Positions 30,298-41,375 are shown, numbered from the stretch's first letter. The stretch is 64,000 nt of DNA from Trichormus sp. ATA11-4-KO1 (GCA_019358915.1 JAHHIM010000002.1:126308-190307), one strand, 5' to 3'. Program-made: numbers and translations. Notes: a model not told the origin generated them from the letters alone.

Positions 30298-30473
30298 AGA
30301 TTATTTTATTTGAATAAATAATTAAATTTCTAGCTTTGTTGATTTCCATTATGAATTTAGCTTGCGTGGTGTACCAGCAAAGTGCAAGTCATTGGGCGAG
30401 TGGCGATGGCTATCTCGCCGCCGCATTGGTGATAATGAGTCAGTTTCATTTTTGCCTTTATTAGGAGTACCTT

Positions 30474-31097
30474 ATGAGTTTGGAGTGGTTGGAATGGGCA
30501 CAAAAGTTACAGGCAATTGCCCAAAATGGCTTGACTTATAGTAATAATCCGTATGATGTTGAGCGATACGAACAGGTGCAATTAATTGCATCTGAAATTA
30601 TGGCAAAGTATACCAATACTGAACCAAGCTATGTCCTCGATTTATTTAGTTTAGAAAAAGGCTATGCTACTCCCAAAGTAGATGTCCGAGGGGCAGTTTT
30701 CCGCGACCAAAAACTTTTACTTGTTAGGGAAAGAGAGGATAATTGCTGGACGCTTCCAGGAGGATGGGTAGATATCGGCGAGTCTCCCAGTAGCGCAGTC
30801 GAGCGCGAGATATACGAAGAATCAGGTTATAAAACACAAGTTATCAAATTAGTTGCAGTTTATGATCGAAACCACCATCGTCACGGACACCCGCCTTTTG
30901 TACATCATGTATATAAGTTGTTTTTCCAATGTAAATTAATTGGTGGTGCAGCTACAGCCAGTATTGAAACCGAGGAAGCCGAATTTTTTGGAGAGCAGGA
31001 AATTCCAGAACTTTCCCTAACTCGTGTTGTTCCCAGCCAAATCAGTCGGCTATTTGAACATTACCGCAATCCTAACTTACAGACAGATTTCGATTAA
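30474..31097 (+). CDS. NUDIX hydrolase with N-terminal Nudix_N domain
   Basis: AIAQNGLTY...YD.ERY, GYATPKVDVR, PGGWVDIGESPSSAVEREIYEESG. Confidence 0.92.
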   Translation: MSLEWLEWAQKLQAIAQNGLTYSNNPYDVERYEQVQLIASEIMAKYTNTEPSYVLDLFSLEKGYATPKVDVRGAVFRDQKLLLVREREDNCWTLPGGWVDIGESPSSAVEREIYEESGYKTQVIKLVAVYDRNHHRHGHPPFVHHVYKLFFQCKLIGGAATASIETEEAEFFGEQEIPELSLTRVVPSQISRLFEHYRNPNLQTDFD

Positions 31098-31127
31098 CTT
31101 TTATTAACAGTGAACCGCATAACTATA

Positions 31128-32975
31128 TCAAATTGTGGAAAATACAACCCGAAAGCCACATATCCTCAACCCACCATCTGACTCATTCCAGCTACGGCTA
31201 GCACTGCGACATAGTTCTGCACCGAAACTCCAAGAACCGCCACGCAGCACTCGCCGATAAATGTCACCACCAACTTCCCAAGCGGTGCCATCTGTAGGTG
31301 CGCCATTGTAATTATTGTGCCAAGCATCAGCGCACCATTCCCACACTAACCCGTGCATATCATACAATCCAAAGGCGTTGGCTACCTGAAAACTGCCAAC
31401 ATCGGTTGTTTCTTTACGGTATTTGCTTTTTACTTCTACACTATAATCATCCCTACTACAGTTGACTAAATCAGGGGTAACCGTTTCGCCAAAGTGAAAA
31501 GATGTAGTACTTCCCGCACGACAAGCATATTCCCATTCGGCTTCGCTGGGTAAACGATATTCGCGCCCGGTTTTTTCAGAGAGTCTGGCACAAAATTCTA
31601 TAGCTTCATGCCAAGATACATTTTCCACTGGCCGATTCAGACCTTTGAATTTGGAAGGGTGGGGATTTAAGGTTTGTTCGACTTTTGGTAAAGCTGCTAC
31701 GGCTCTCCATTGAGCTTGAGTGACAGGAAATTTACCCATAAAAAAGGGTTCGAGGGTAACTTTGTGTTGAGGACGTTCATCAGCATCTCCTTCAAACTCT
31801 GGAGAACCCATCATGAAACTACCACCGGGAATCAATACCATTTCCAGTGTGACTGATTTGCTCAATTCTTCTGTAAAGACTTTAGCACTCGGGCGATCGC
31901 GGCTGACTTCTCTACCTGCTGTGTCTACTGTGACTACTTCAAATTCAAAGGTTTCTAAAGCAAGTGATGGCGGTGTGACTTTTTTTGACGGTAACGGTAA
32001 TCGGATTAATGCCAGTGGGGAGATTTCTACAGCTTCTGGTTCAACGGTAAATTTTTTTGTAGACTTTAAGTCATTGATAACTTCTGTTGCTGATTGATAT
32101 CTTTCACTGGGTAAATGTTGCAGCAATTTATTTAAAATTTTACTTAATTTTTCGCTGATGATGATACCTTTTTTCTGTAAATATGCTTGCCATAACCACT
32201 TAGCATTCATGGCATCATAAAGAGGATCATTAATCTGTCCGTAAGTATTTTGTAAGGGCAAACATTGAGTTAGAAGTCGCACGCAAGTTACACCCAAAGC
32301 ATATAAATCACTGGCATGGCAAGGAAATCCTGCCATTTGTTCAGATGGAGCATAACCAATAGTATAAATAACTGTAGCTTGTCTAGCTACACCGGTTTGT
32401 GTAACTTGTTTAGCCCCACCAAAATCAATTAATACTGGTTTGCCATCACTGTTACGGCGGATGATATTTTCTGGTTTGATATCCCGATGAATCACATTAG
32501 AAGCATGAATAAATTCGAGAACTGGTAATAAATCAGTTAAAAGTTGATGTATTTGTTCTTCGCTAAACGGTTTTTGTTGAACTTCTTGTAAAAGAGTTTT
32601 CCCTTCAATAAATTCTTGGACAAGATACAAGCTGGAACCTTGTTCAAAGTAAGCGAGTAATCTAGGTATTTGGGTATGATTTTCTCCTAATTCATACAAG
32701 CGAAATGCTTCTTCTTTGAAGAATTCTGCTGCTTTATTACGTTGGATGGTTCCTTGCACTTGAGGGAAAAATTGCTTGATGACGCAAGGTGCATTTAGTC
32801 TATCTGCGTCTTCAGTAGCATAGGTTTTGCTAAATCCACCTTCACCTAATAGCCGCAACACACGGTAGCGGTTTCTCAGAAATTTGCCAAAGTTGCTATG
32901 TCCGCAACTCATGCAAAATCTATTACCTTCAGGGTTGAATGGATTTGAGCAATTGGGATTTTGGCATATTTGCAT
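31128..32975 (-). CDS. Ser/Thr protein kinase with N-terminal 4-Cys motif and C-terminal FGE-sulfatase (SUMF1) domain
   Basis: CQNPNC...CMSCG; LGEGGFSKT, HRDIKPEN, DFG, APSE; RLPSEAEWEYACRAG, NAFGLYDMHG.VWEW, RGGSW, GFRV. Confidence 0.93.
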   Translation of the reverse strand: MQICQNPNCSNPFNPEGNRFCMSCGHSNFGKFLRNRYRVLRLLGEGGFSKTYATEDADRLNAPCVIKQFFPQVQGTIQRNKAAEFFKEEAFRLYELGENHTQIPRLLAYFEQGSSLYLVQEFIEGKTLLQEVQQKPFSEEQIHQLLTDLLPVLEFIHASNVIHRDIKPENIIRRNSDGKPVLIDFGGAKQVTQTGVARQATVIYTIGYAPSEQMAGFPCHASDLYALGVTCVRLLTQCLPLQNTYGQINDPLYDAMNAKWLWQAYLQKKGIIISEKLSKILNKLLQHLPSERYQSATEVINDLKSTKKFTVEPEAVEISPLALIRLPLPSKKVTPPSLALETFEFEVVTVDTAGREVSRDRPSAKVFTEELSKSVTLEMVLIPGGSFMMGSPEFEGDADERPQHKVTLEPFFMGKFPVTQAQWRAVAALPKVEQTLNPHPSKFKGLNRPVENVSWHEAIEFCARLSEKTGREYRLPSEAEWEYACRAGSTTSFHFGETVTPDLVNCSRDDYSVEVKSKYRKETTDVGSFQVANAFGLYDMHGLVWEWCADAWHNNYNGAPTDGTAWEVGGDIYRRVLRGGSWSFGAELCRSASRSWNESDGGLRICGFRVVFSTI

Positions 32976-33257
32976 AATGAGGAGAAAATAGCATCAAATC
33001 CAAAGTTAGCCCCAATAATTTCAAATTGAAAACATATATCTAGACAAATAAACATAAACAAAGCTACATCTGCATATATACTTATACTAGAAAATACAAA
33101 TGCAGAAATTTGATTTATTTATTTTTCTATGCCAGGTAATTTTTCAATACAAGCATAGACGAAAGTACATATTTTCCTTACAAGAAGAATATTATTCCTA
33201 AGCTATTGAATTTGTCAAGAGTGATTCTAAAGTATTAGTATTTGCACATGATGAAAT

Positions 33258-34058
33258 TTATTTTTTCTCTCCAGCAGAGCGAATTAATTCAGCTATAAAA
33301 GCGACAATTGCCGACACTGAAATTAAGAGAACACTGAGAGCGTTAATATCAGGCTTAACTCCTGTTCTAATCCGACTAAAAATTTCCATTGGTAAGGTGT
33401 TATAACCGCTACCTGATGTGAAACTAGCGATGAGAAAGTCATCTAAACTCAAAACAAAAGCTAGCAGGCAACCAGCGATAATACCAGGCATTAGCTGAGG
33501 TAGTAATACTTTGATGAAGGCTTGTATTGGTGTAGCGCCTAAATCTAGTGCTGCTTCTTCTAAGTGTGGGTCTAAATTAGTCAATCTTGAAGCAACCACA
33601 AGTCCGACATAGGCTAGGCAAAATACCACATGGGCTGCAACAATTGTCCACAAACTCAGGGGGATAGCAAATGCTGCCAGAAAAACTAGAGTAGCTACGG
33701 CGATCGCAATATCAGGAATAATTAACGGTAGGTAAGAAACACCGCGATACAATTTCTTTCCCGGAAACTGATAACGTGCCAATCCTACCGCCATTAAGGT
33801 TCCCAGCACGGCTGAAATACCCACTGCACAAAAAGCAACTATCAAACTGTTTTTCAATGCTGATAAAATCCGCTCGTCGCTGAACAATTTGTGATACCAA
33901 TCAAGAGTAAATCCTTGCCAATTTGCACTGTAAGGAGACTGGTTGAAGCTATAAAAGCCAAGTACCAGTATAGGCAAGTACATGAATATAAATATGGTTA
34001 CTGAGAAAACCGCCTGCCAGGAGACACGCGGTTTTATTTTGGATGAAGAATTATTCAT
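33258..34058 (-). CDS. potC: Spermidine/putrescine ABC transporter permease (PotC-like)
   Basis: FMYLPI...SFN, GFTLDWY, LEEAALDLGA (EAA loop), LSLDDF, TLP. Confidence 0.8.
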   Translation of the reverse strand: MNNSSSKIKPRVSWQAVFSVTIFIFMYLPILVLGFYSFNQSPYSANWQGFTLDWYHKLFSDERILSALKNSLIVAFCAVGISAVLGTLMAVGLARYQFPGKKLYRGVSYLPLIIPDIAIAVATLVFLAAFAIPLSLWTIVAAHVVFCLAYVGLVVASRLTNLDPHLEEAALDLGATPIQAFIKVLLPQLMPGIIAGCLLAFVLSLDDFLIASFTSGSGYNTLPMEIFSRIRTGVKPDINALSVLLISVSAIVAFIAELIRSAGEKK

Positions 34059-34575
34059 TTTTACTATTTAGTGTTTTTTGAAAGTAAATTATACTCTATT
34101 TAGTAATGAAAGTCAATAAGATAAACTCACATAGTTAAAACCAATATGAATTACACAAAGTAGAGGATAAATACACAAACTCCTCCTTTGGCATGGGGAT
34201 GATTTTATCTAGTTTTCCTGCGATAGGATGAGGTAAAAAACGCAGAAAAACAAATACATCATAAACTTATTGTCTTCCAAAATATTATATTGCCGCAAAA
34301 TTGGCCAATTTAAGGAAAATTTCTCCAAAAAAAATCGAAAATTACTATAGCTTGACAAAGTTAGTTTGATTCAAAGTAATTTTACCTCTAAGGAATAGAG
34401 ATATTTCCCTACGAAGATAGACAATTAATTTAAAACTAAGGGCATAAAATTTTGAGGGAATTATTAAAAGAATTAGTGATCAAAGTTAAGTTTACAGTGA
34501 AAATCAAATCACATGTAAGCATTTCTAAATTAGAAAACATCTCTAATTCAAGTTTGATTTTTTAGGAGGTTTGTA

Positions 34576-35661
34576 ATGCGAATTGCTCAAATTGCCCCAT
34601 TATGCGAGAGAGTACCTCCTCCAGCGTATGGGGGTATAGAGTTAATAGTGGGATTATTGACTGATGAATTAGTTCGCCGAGGACATGAAGTAACACTATT
34701 TGCATCGGGAGACTCTATTAGTCTGGCAAAGCTAGTATCAGTTCATCCTCGTGCCTTACGACTTGATCCTCAGGTCAAAGAGCATAACATATATGAAATG
34801 CTGCAATTGGGTTTGGTATACGAGCGCTCAGAAGAGTTTGATATTATTCATTCTCATGTGTGCTGTCCGGCGCTACCCTATGCAAATCTTGTCAAAACAC
34901 CCACAGTTCACACCTTACACGGTGTTTTTACTCCTGATAACGAAAAGATGTTTGAATATGCTAAACACCAACCTTTTATCAGTATTTCCCAAGCTCAGAG
35001 GGAAATGAGGTTAGGGCTGAACTATGTAGCAACGGTTTACAATGGAATTGATGTTAGTAGCCATCAATTTTATACCCAACCTGATAATCCACCCTACTTA
35101 GCTTTTTTAGGTCGGATATCTCCAGAGAAAGGTACACATTTAGCGATCGCCATTGCTAAACAATCTGGTTGGCGGTTAAAAATCGCAGGTAAGGTAGACG
35201 TGGTTGATGTGGATTACTTTGAACAGGAAATCAAGCCACAAATTGATGGCAAACAAATTGAGTATCTCGGTGAAGCTAACCATATACAAAAAAATGCTTT
35301 GATGGGAGGTGCAGTAGCAACACTGTTTCCTATTACTTGGCGAGAGCCATTTGGTTTAGTTATGGTTGAATCAATGGCAGCAGGTACGCCAGTTATCGCA
35401 ATGAAACTAGGGTCTACTGTAGAAGTAATTGACCACGGCAAAACGGGTTTTATTTGCCATGAAATTGAAGATTTTGTCAGTGCTATTGACAAAGTAACAG
35501 AGTTAGACCGCTACGCCTGTCGGAAACACGTTGAAAATCATTTTAGCCAGCAAAAAATGGTTGATGGTTACGAAGCTGTATATCAGCAAATTCTGCAAGA
35601 GCGATTTGAGAAGAATGGATATGTTCGCAGTAGGATTAGTGTAGCTAGTAGTCACAGTTAA
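34576..35661 (+). CDS. Glycosyltransferase family 4
   Basis: PPPAYGGIE, GHEVTLFAS, FLGRISPEKG, EPFGLVMVESMAAGTPV. Confidence 0.92.
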   Translation: MRIAQIAPLCERVPPPAYGGIELIVGLLTDELVRRGHEVTLFASGDSISLAKLVSVHPRALRLDPQVKEHNIYEMLQLGLVYERSEEFDIIHSHVCCPALPYANLVKTPTVHTLHGVFTPDNEKMFEYAKHQPFISISQAQREMRLGLNYVATVYNGIDVSSHQFYTQPDNPPYLAFLGRISPEKGTHLAIAIAKQSGWRLKIAGKVDVVDVDYFEQEIKPQIDGKQIEYLGEANHIQKNALMGGAVATLFPITWREPFGLVMVESMAAGTPVIAMKLGSTVEVIDHGKTGFICHEIEDFVSAIDKVTELDRYACRKHVENHFSQQKMVDGYEAVYQQILQERFEKNGYVRSRISVASSHS

Positions 35662-35741
35662 GTTAATCAAATGAGCTAGGCAATTGATAATGGGAAATGA
35701 CAAAACCCATTACCAATTACCTGCAAGGTAAGGGGCAATAA

Positions 35742-36131
35742 TTATGAGAGTTTGGCTCTAATTGTTTCTATTCTTTGACGATTGACACCCAAATCACTTT
35801 GACCTAAGCGGGAAGCCGAGCGGACGTGAATGATATTAGCACTCCGGTCTAGATAAAACTCTACATCATCGACAAATCCCATTAAAGCACTTTTAAATTC
35901 TGCATATAAATAATCCTCACTTTCGGTAATTATTTTAGTTCTGGGTAAGGATTGAATGATATTTTTAAGATGAGCGATCGCTTGTTCTGGGGAAGATGTG
36001 AAAGTTAGTGGCGCAATTGTGTGAACTAAATCTGTACTTTGGCTAGAAACACAGTTAGGTGAATTAGGACAAGGTGCTAATTTGCCGTTGCGAACACCTA
36101 AATTATGCGGTCGTTTCCCTGCAAAAACCAT
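35742..36131 (-). CDS. DUF1499 domain protein
   Basis: CPNSPNCVSSQ, FVDDVEF, RSASRLGQSDLGVNR.R. Confidence 0.9.
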   Translation of the reverse strand: MVFAGKRPHNLGVRNGKLAPCPNSPNCVSSQSTDLVHTIAPLTFTSSPEQAIAHLKNIIQSLPRTKIITESEDYLYAEFKSALMGFVDDVEFYLDRSANIIHVRSASRLGQSDLGVNRQRIETIRAKLS

Positions 36132-36151
36132 AATTTTTATTTGTTGATAAT

Positions 36152-36250
36152 TGAGTGCTGAGTGCCTTTCTCAGTGCTGAGTGCTGAGTGCTGAGTGCTG
36201 TAAAGCCCTGCGGGCATGGCTGCGCTTATAGCCCGTGCTGAGTGCTGAGT
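36152..36250 (+). repeat. GTGCTGA heptamer tandem repeats with GC-rich insert
   Basis: Multiple GTGCTGA copies flanking TAAAGCCCTGCGGGCATGGCTGCGCTTATAGCCC. Confidence 0.75.
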
Positions 36251-36287
36251 AAGAAATTATATCTATCATACTTCTGCTCCCTACTCC

Positions 36288-36812
36288 CTACTCATGACCA
36301 TAACGTGCCAACATCCACAGAGCAAAACGCTCCAATCCTACCAAAACGGCGGTGATTCCTACGGCTAAGGCAAACAAAATCAGGTTACTGATATTACCAG
36401 CCTTTAAAGCGAAACTCAAGGAAGTAGCAACAGCCGGAGGGTGCATCGCATCTAGTAAAATCATTAAGGCGATCGCAATTACCGTTGCAATACCACCTGA
36501 AAGATACCCACTACCAAGAAAAAAATAGGTAATAAATCCAATGGTTGCAGCCGTCATCTGGGCGATAATCAGAGTTCGCACAGCGTTTGTGCCATGCTGT
36601 GGGTCAAGATAAATCAGAAATGCACTGGAGGCTAGAGATGCAAACAACAAACGTTGCTGACTTAGTACTTCCACTAGAGTCATCACAGTTAATACTATTA
36701 GGGTTGGTGCAGTTGCTAATGCCACCTCTCCCTGGAGATTCAACCTGCGTCGGAGTTTTCGATTCGCTCCCTGCAAAGGTTTTAAGCTTGAGCGTTTTTT
36801 ACTCATTGCCAA
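36288..36812 (-). CDS. HPP family membrane protein
   Basis: ASLASSAFL...P, MHPPAVAT; several TM helices. Confidence 0.85.
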   Translation of the reverse strand: MAMSKKRSSLKPLQGANRKLRRRLNLQGEVALATAPTLIVLTVMTLVEVLSQQRLLFASLASSAFLIYLDPQHGTNAVRTLIIAQMTAATIGFITYFFLGSGYLSGGIATVIAIALMILLDAMHPPAVATSLSFALKAGNISNLILFALAVGITAVLVGLERFALWMLARYGHE

Positions 36813-36968
36813 TATTTATCCTGACTTACTGAATTACGAACTAGCAAAAATCCCTCCTCGGACTTAGTTTAAAACTTTGGCGCGATCGCAGCTTCCGGCA
36901 CATGAGATATTGATAGTAAACAATAGACTGATTCAAACATTTAAATATCGTCTAGGCGAGAGCAAATT

Positions 36969-38117
36969 ATGACGCCAACCATCTCAATTAACGACAGTCA
37001 GCGTTTACAACTCCAACCTCTAAAAATTCCCTCCCGTTTACTGTTGGGGCCAGGGCCATCAAATGCCCATCCTGCTGTTCTTCAGGCGATGAATACCCCA
37101 CCAGTTGGGCATCTTGACCCGGCTTTTCTGGAACTTATGGATGAGATTCAATCTCTACTGCGCTACGTATGGCAGACAGAAAACCCCTTGACTATAGCTG
37201 TTAGTGGTACTGGTTCAGCCGCAATGGAAGCAACTATCGCCAATGCGACGGAACCTGGTGATGTGGTTTTGATTGGTGTAGCTGGTTACTTTGGTAATCG
37301 CCTGGTTGATATGGCTGGACGCTATGGTGCAGATGTGCGAACTATCACCAAACCTTGGGGACAAGTTTTCAGCCTTGATGAACTCCGCACAGCCATAGAA
37401 ACTCATCGTCCGGCAATTCTGGCTTTGGTTCATGCGGAAACTTCTACAGGCGCACGTCAACCTTTGGACGGGGTGGCTGAGGTATGTCGTGAATTTGGGA
37501 CTCTGTTACTGGTAGATACAGTTACAAGTTTGGGTGGTGTCCCCATATTTTTGGATGCTTGGGGAGTTGACCTAGCTTATAGTTGTAGCCAAAAAGGATT
37601 GGGTTGTTCTCCTGGTGCTTCACCTTTTACCATGAGTCCCCGTGCAATGGAGAAATTGCAGCAGCGCTCCACAAAAGTGACAAACTGGTATTTGGATATG
37701 TCATTGCTGGGTAAATATTGGGGGAAGGAACGCACCTATCACCACACCGCACCTATTAACTTATATTATGGCTTGCGAGAAGCACTGCGTTTAGTAGCAG
37801 AGGAAGGATTAGCTAACTGCTGGCAGCGTCATCAACAGAATGTAGAGTATCTCTGGGAAGGGTTGGAAGATTTGGGGTTAAGTATGCACGTTGACAGGGA
37901 GTACCGACTGCCAACTCTTACCACCGTCCGTATTCCAGAGAATGTAGACGGTAAAGCGATCGCTCGGCAGTTACTCAATGAATATGATATCGAGATTGGC
38001 GGTGGTCTTGGTGAACTAGCTGGTCAAGTTTGGCGCGTGGGATTGATGGGTTTTAATAGTCGCAAAGAAAGTGTTGACCAACTTTTAACAGCACTGCGCC
38101 AGGTTTTACCTAAGTAG
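36969..38117 (+). CDS. Alanine/serine-glyoxylate aminotransferase (class V PLP enzyme)
   Basis: LLLGPGPS, HAETSTG, LVDTVTSLGG, SCSQKGL (PLP Lys), WRVGLMG. Confidence 0.93.
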   Translation: MTPTISINDSQRLQLQPLKIPSRLLLGPGPSNAHPAVLQAMNTPPVGHLDPAFLELMDEIQSLLRYVWQTENPLTIAVSGTGSAAMEATIANATEPGDVVLIGVAGYFGNRLVDMAGRYGADVRTITKPWGQVFSLDELRTAIETHRPAILALVHAETSTGARQPLDGVAEVCREFGTLLLVDTVTSLGGVPIFLDAWGVDLAYSCSQKGLGCSPGASPFTMSPRAMEKLQQRSTKVTNWYLDMSLLGKYWGKERTYHHTAPINLYYGLREALRLVAEEGLANCWQRHQQNVEYLWEGLEDLGLSMHVDREYRLPTLTTVRIPENVDGKAIARQLLNEYDIEIGGGLGELAGQVWRVGLMGFNSRKESVDQLLTALRQVLPK

Positions 38118-38134
38118 CTTTGATGAACTGGGAA

Positions 38135-38158
38135 CACTTCGACAAGCTCAGTGCATTG
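38135..38158 (-). repeat. 24-nt small dispersed repeat inserted in ACTGGGR heptamers
   Basis: Plus strand CACTTCGACAAGCTCAGTGCATTG; removal restores ACTGGGA-ACTGGGG-ACTGG. Confidence 0.75.
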
Positions 38159-38438
38159 CTGGGGACTGGTATTTTTACTCAGCACTCAGCACTTAGAAAA
38201 GCACTCATCAAGCTCATTGAAAGAAAAAACCAGTGATTAAAAGTGGTAAAAGTATTAAGACAGACACAATCAAAACAAGAGTTGCCGGATCGATTTTAAT
38301 TTGGTTCTTCTGTGGATCTCGCATTTGATACCTTCTGAGACGAGTAAGTGTATCAATTTAGCCTAAAGGTATTTGCTCACTTTTCCAAGACCCATTGGGT
38401 TGAGAAGTATATAAAACATTCAACTGGTATATTTGTGA

Positions 38439-40808
38439 TTAGCTTTTCATTGCTGTTTGTACTTTCTCAACTTGCTGCGGTGCTGGCATATCTTGAAAAA
38501 GAGCGATCGCCTGATTAAAATTCTCCTGACTCTGATTAATTTCACCCATTCTTTGATAAGTTAAACCCAATTGATAGTATGCTTCCGCTAAATTACATTT
38601 ATCAGAAACCTTAGTCATGTTGGCAATAGCTGTTAAATGTTTATCTATCGCCTCTAAAAATCTTCCCTGCTCTCGATGCAAGGCAGCTAGACAAGATATA
38701 ACTCTCGATTTTAAGAAAGTGAACTGATTACATTCACAATGAGCGATCGCTTGTTGTCCAATATCAAAAGCTTTGTTTATATAACCCAAATTTTGATACG
38801 TTAAGCTGATAAATAGTAAACTAGTTCCTTTTCCCCAAGATGTTAATTTATCACTGGAAATGCCTGACTCTACATCTTGTAACATCTTGAGTGCATTTTC
38901 TCTCATACCTATAGAAGAATCTAAATAAGCCAAACAACACAGAGAATAAACTACATATTGAGAATATTTTGGATCTGTCTCACTGAGGTTCTTAACTAAG
39001 GACAAAATATTTCTAGCTTGTGCAAGTTCCCACAAGTCTATATAAGCAAGTCCTAAATTAAAACTACTAGATATTCTTTCTTGAAAAATGTCACGTTTTT
39101 CCGCAATTGTTCTAGCATTTTGGTGACATTGCAAAGCTAATTCAATATTACCTATTTGGTGATAAGCTCGCCCCAGCATATTATAAAGTATACTGAGAAG
39201 ATAATCAGAAGTTAAATTCTCAATTAAGGGTGTAATCACAGAAATTAAAGTTTCTAATAAACCTAATCTGTTTAACAACACACCTAAAGACAAAATTTTA
39301 TCCCATTTGTTATTTCTGCCCCGGATAATAATATTGGCTGCTTGTTCAAAGTCACCAATCTCCATATAATGATGATAAGCTTCTAGTGCCATTAAGGCAT
39401 CTTGGGGTTCTTCAACTTGAGTAACACTAGTATTCCAAAATTCTGCTGCTTTTTGGTTAGCTATTTGCCATTCACCATTTTGTTTTAACCGGGCGATCGC
39501 TTCTGTGCAAATCACTGGATGTAACCAGTATTTACCTTTACTATATTGTACTAAAGAGCGTTCACACAGAGATTTAATTACTCGTTTAGATTGTGTTTCT
39601 GGCACATCCCAAAGTAAGCATTGTAGACCTTGAATACTGACGTGGGTTATATCTTGATAACGATAGCAGCCCAAACGACAAAGTAGTTTATAGGCTGTAT
39701 TATCTAGTTGTTCCAGGCGGTCAAATTGGCTAGTAACTAAATGTTCTAATTCTCTTTCAATTAATAGATCATGCTGATTTTCTCGCCAATAAACATCTAA
39801 ATTACCATTAAAATCTGTGGCAATAACTCCACTGATAATTTGCATGGCTTTAGCATTACCATCAAAAGCTTGGCAAATTTCGCTCAGTGTTGTTGCATGA
39901 AAATTAATCTGGCGACTAGTAAAAAATTGTTTCCAGGCAGATTCATCTAAACCTTGTAGGGGATAAAAATTGACATCAACTCCAGATTCATGCAGGCGTT
40001 CACGACTAGTAATTAAAGTGACAGATTTAATTGTCGGATCTGCCAAAACTCTCAATAATTCTACATAAGGACGACGATGGGTAATAATCCGACCGTTGCA
40101 ATCTAATGCAGACTCTAGATTGTCAATTAACACCCCAATTTTCCTAGTTCCATCCCGGAGTTTTCGCCGCAAACGATCTAAATTTATCCCAAATTCTTTT
40201 CCTGGTTCTTCATCAAAGTCTCCCCTCAGCCATTCTTCAACTACATTTTCTATCGAGACAATATTTTGGGTATCTTGAGCCATCCACAACTCTAAGAAGT
40301 ATAAGCCTTGAGTTTTAAAATACCTCCGCGCCAAGGTTGTTTTACCAATACCACCCCTACCTTGGATCAGAATCATTTTTGCTCCCTGACTGACAAGATC
40401 ATTGAGATCAGCTAGTTCGCGATCGCGTCCCACAAAGTTAGTATCTAAGTGTGGCGATTTCTCGTTATTGCTTGTTGAATTGTGGGTAAGGCAGATTTGT
40501 TGCGAGTGTTGGGTTTTCCAAAACTTCTGAACTACAGTCGGGAATGTTGATTTTGAAACTTTTTCTTGGAGTATCTGGGAAAGTATTTGCCACAGTTCAG
40601 CACCAACAGCTTTTAAATGTGCTTCTGTGTAACCACGGCTGTCAGCTATATTCTGATAAGTCCGTTTCTCGTCTTCCCATAAATTGAGCAAAATTATTCT
40701 TTGAGCATTATCTAAGTGCTTTCCTGTCTGCAAAAAAACTAAATGATCTAAAAACTCTAAGGCCTCTTCCGCACCCATTGATTGCTTGTATGTAGCATTT
40801 ATACTCAA
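38439..40808 (-). CDS. STAND NTPase (NB-ARC-like) with N-terminal HTH-like domain and C-terminal TPRs
   Basis: TYQNIA...YT..HLK.VG.ELW..LS HTH-like segment; FVGR..EL, Walker A GRGGIGKTT, Walker B VLIDNLE, ITSRE, WLHPVI; TPR motifs (YNMLGRAY, AEAYYQLGLTY); start TTG 40808 or ATG 40778. Confidence 0.88.
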   Translation of the reverse strand: MSINATYKQSMGAEEALEFLDHLVFLQTGKHLDNAQRIILLNLWEDEKRTYQNIADSRGYTEAHLKAVGAELWQILSQILQEKVSKSTFPTVVQKFWKTQHSQQICLTHNSTSNNEKSPHLDTNFVGRDRELADLNDLVSQGAKMILIQGRGGIGKTTLARRYFKTQGLYFLELWMAQDTQNIVSIENVVEEWLRGDFDEEPGKEFGINLDRLRRKLRDGTRKIGVLIDNLESALDCNGRIITHRRPYVELLRVLADPTIKSVTLITSRERLHESGVDVNFYPLQGLDESAWKQFFTSRQINFHATTLSEICQAFDGNAKAMQIISGVIATDFNGNLDVYWRENQHDLLIERELEHLVTSQFDRLEQLDNTAYKLLCRLGCYRYQDITHVSIQGLQCLLWDVPETQSKRVIKSLCERSLVQYSKGKYWLHPVICTEAIARLKQNGEWQIANQKAAEFWNTSVTQVEEPQDALMALEAYHHYMEIGDFEQAANIIIRGRNNKWDKILSLGVLLNRLGLLETLISVITPLIENLTSDYLLSILYNMLGRAYHQIGNIELALQCHQNARTIAEKRDIFQERISSSFNLGLAYIDLWELAQARNILSLVKNLSETDPKYSQYVVYSLCCLAYLDSSIGMRENALKMLQDVESGISSDKLTSWGKGTSLLFISLTYQNLGYINKAFDIGQQAIAHCECNQFTFLKSRVISCLAALHREQGRFLEAIDKHLTAIANMTKVSDKCNLAEAYYQLGLTYQRMGEINQSQENFNQAIALFQDMPAPQQVEKVQTAMKS

Positions 40809-40825
40809 TTATAACTATATTTTCA

Positions 40826-40893
40826 CTACTACTTCCTACCGAACATACTACAAACTACTTTTTCCTACTCAGAAGGAAGCTACCGTATCCTAC
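40826..40893. promoter_or_regulatory. Three CTAC-N4-TCCTAC direct-repeat boxes
   Basis: CTACTACTTCCTAC 40826, CTACTTTTTCCTAC 40855, CTACCGTATCCTAC 40880. Confidence 0.6.
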
Positions 40894-41108
40894 TGCGAAA
40901 AAATTTTCATTGTATTATTCTTGTAATCAAGACAGGTAAAGTTAAGTTGAGCGTTAAGCAACCGTGGTTGAGGGGAGATTGTCGCAGTGCTACTACTGCA
41001 AACTTAGTTACTTGCACAGATTAATCAGCTGTAGATATTAACTAGCTGAATTTTGTAGAGCGTGTTGATTACCAGATTGTCAGTTTCCATCCTACACGAG
41101 GTTACAAG

Positions 41109-41375
41109 ATGTTAGAAAAACATTGTGATCATGACTGCAATCAAAGTCACTGTCCTTTTGCTCAAGATGTACATAATCCCAATAGATATGTTTGCCTCAA
41201 ATGTGGTATCAAGCGAGAAATAAATAATTATCCATCAGGGTTAGGAAATTTTTTGCTGCTGTTATTAAGCTTATTTATTTCATTTTACTTGTTAACTAAT
41301 TATAGTCAGCAAAACAATCTCCAAGAACAGCAAAAGTCTATTTACTCTTCACCTAGTAAGAAGATTCACTACTAA
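41109..41375 (+). CDS. Small Cys/His-rich protein with one TM helix
   Basis: HCDHDC..SHCPF...YVCLKCG then FLLLLLSLFISFYLL; GAGG RBS. Confidence 0.6.
   Translation: MLEKHCDHDCNQSHCPFAQDVHNPNRYVCLKCGIKREINNYPSGLGNFLLLLLSLFISFYLLTNYSQQNNLQEQQKSIYSSPSKKIHY

Noticed and set aside
34160..34174. Possible NtcA site upstream of potC
   Set aside because: Spacing is GTA-N9-TAC, not N8
36152..36250. Repeat tracts as a possible CRISPR array
   Set aside because: 7-nt tandem units without 30-40 nt unique spacers; no cas genes in the window
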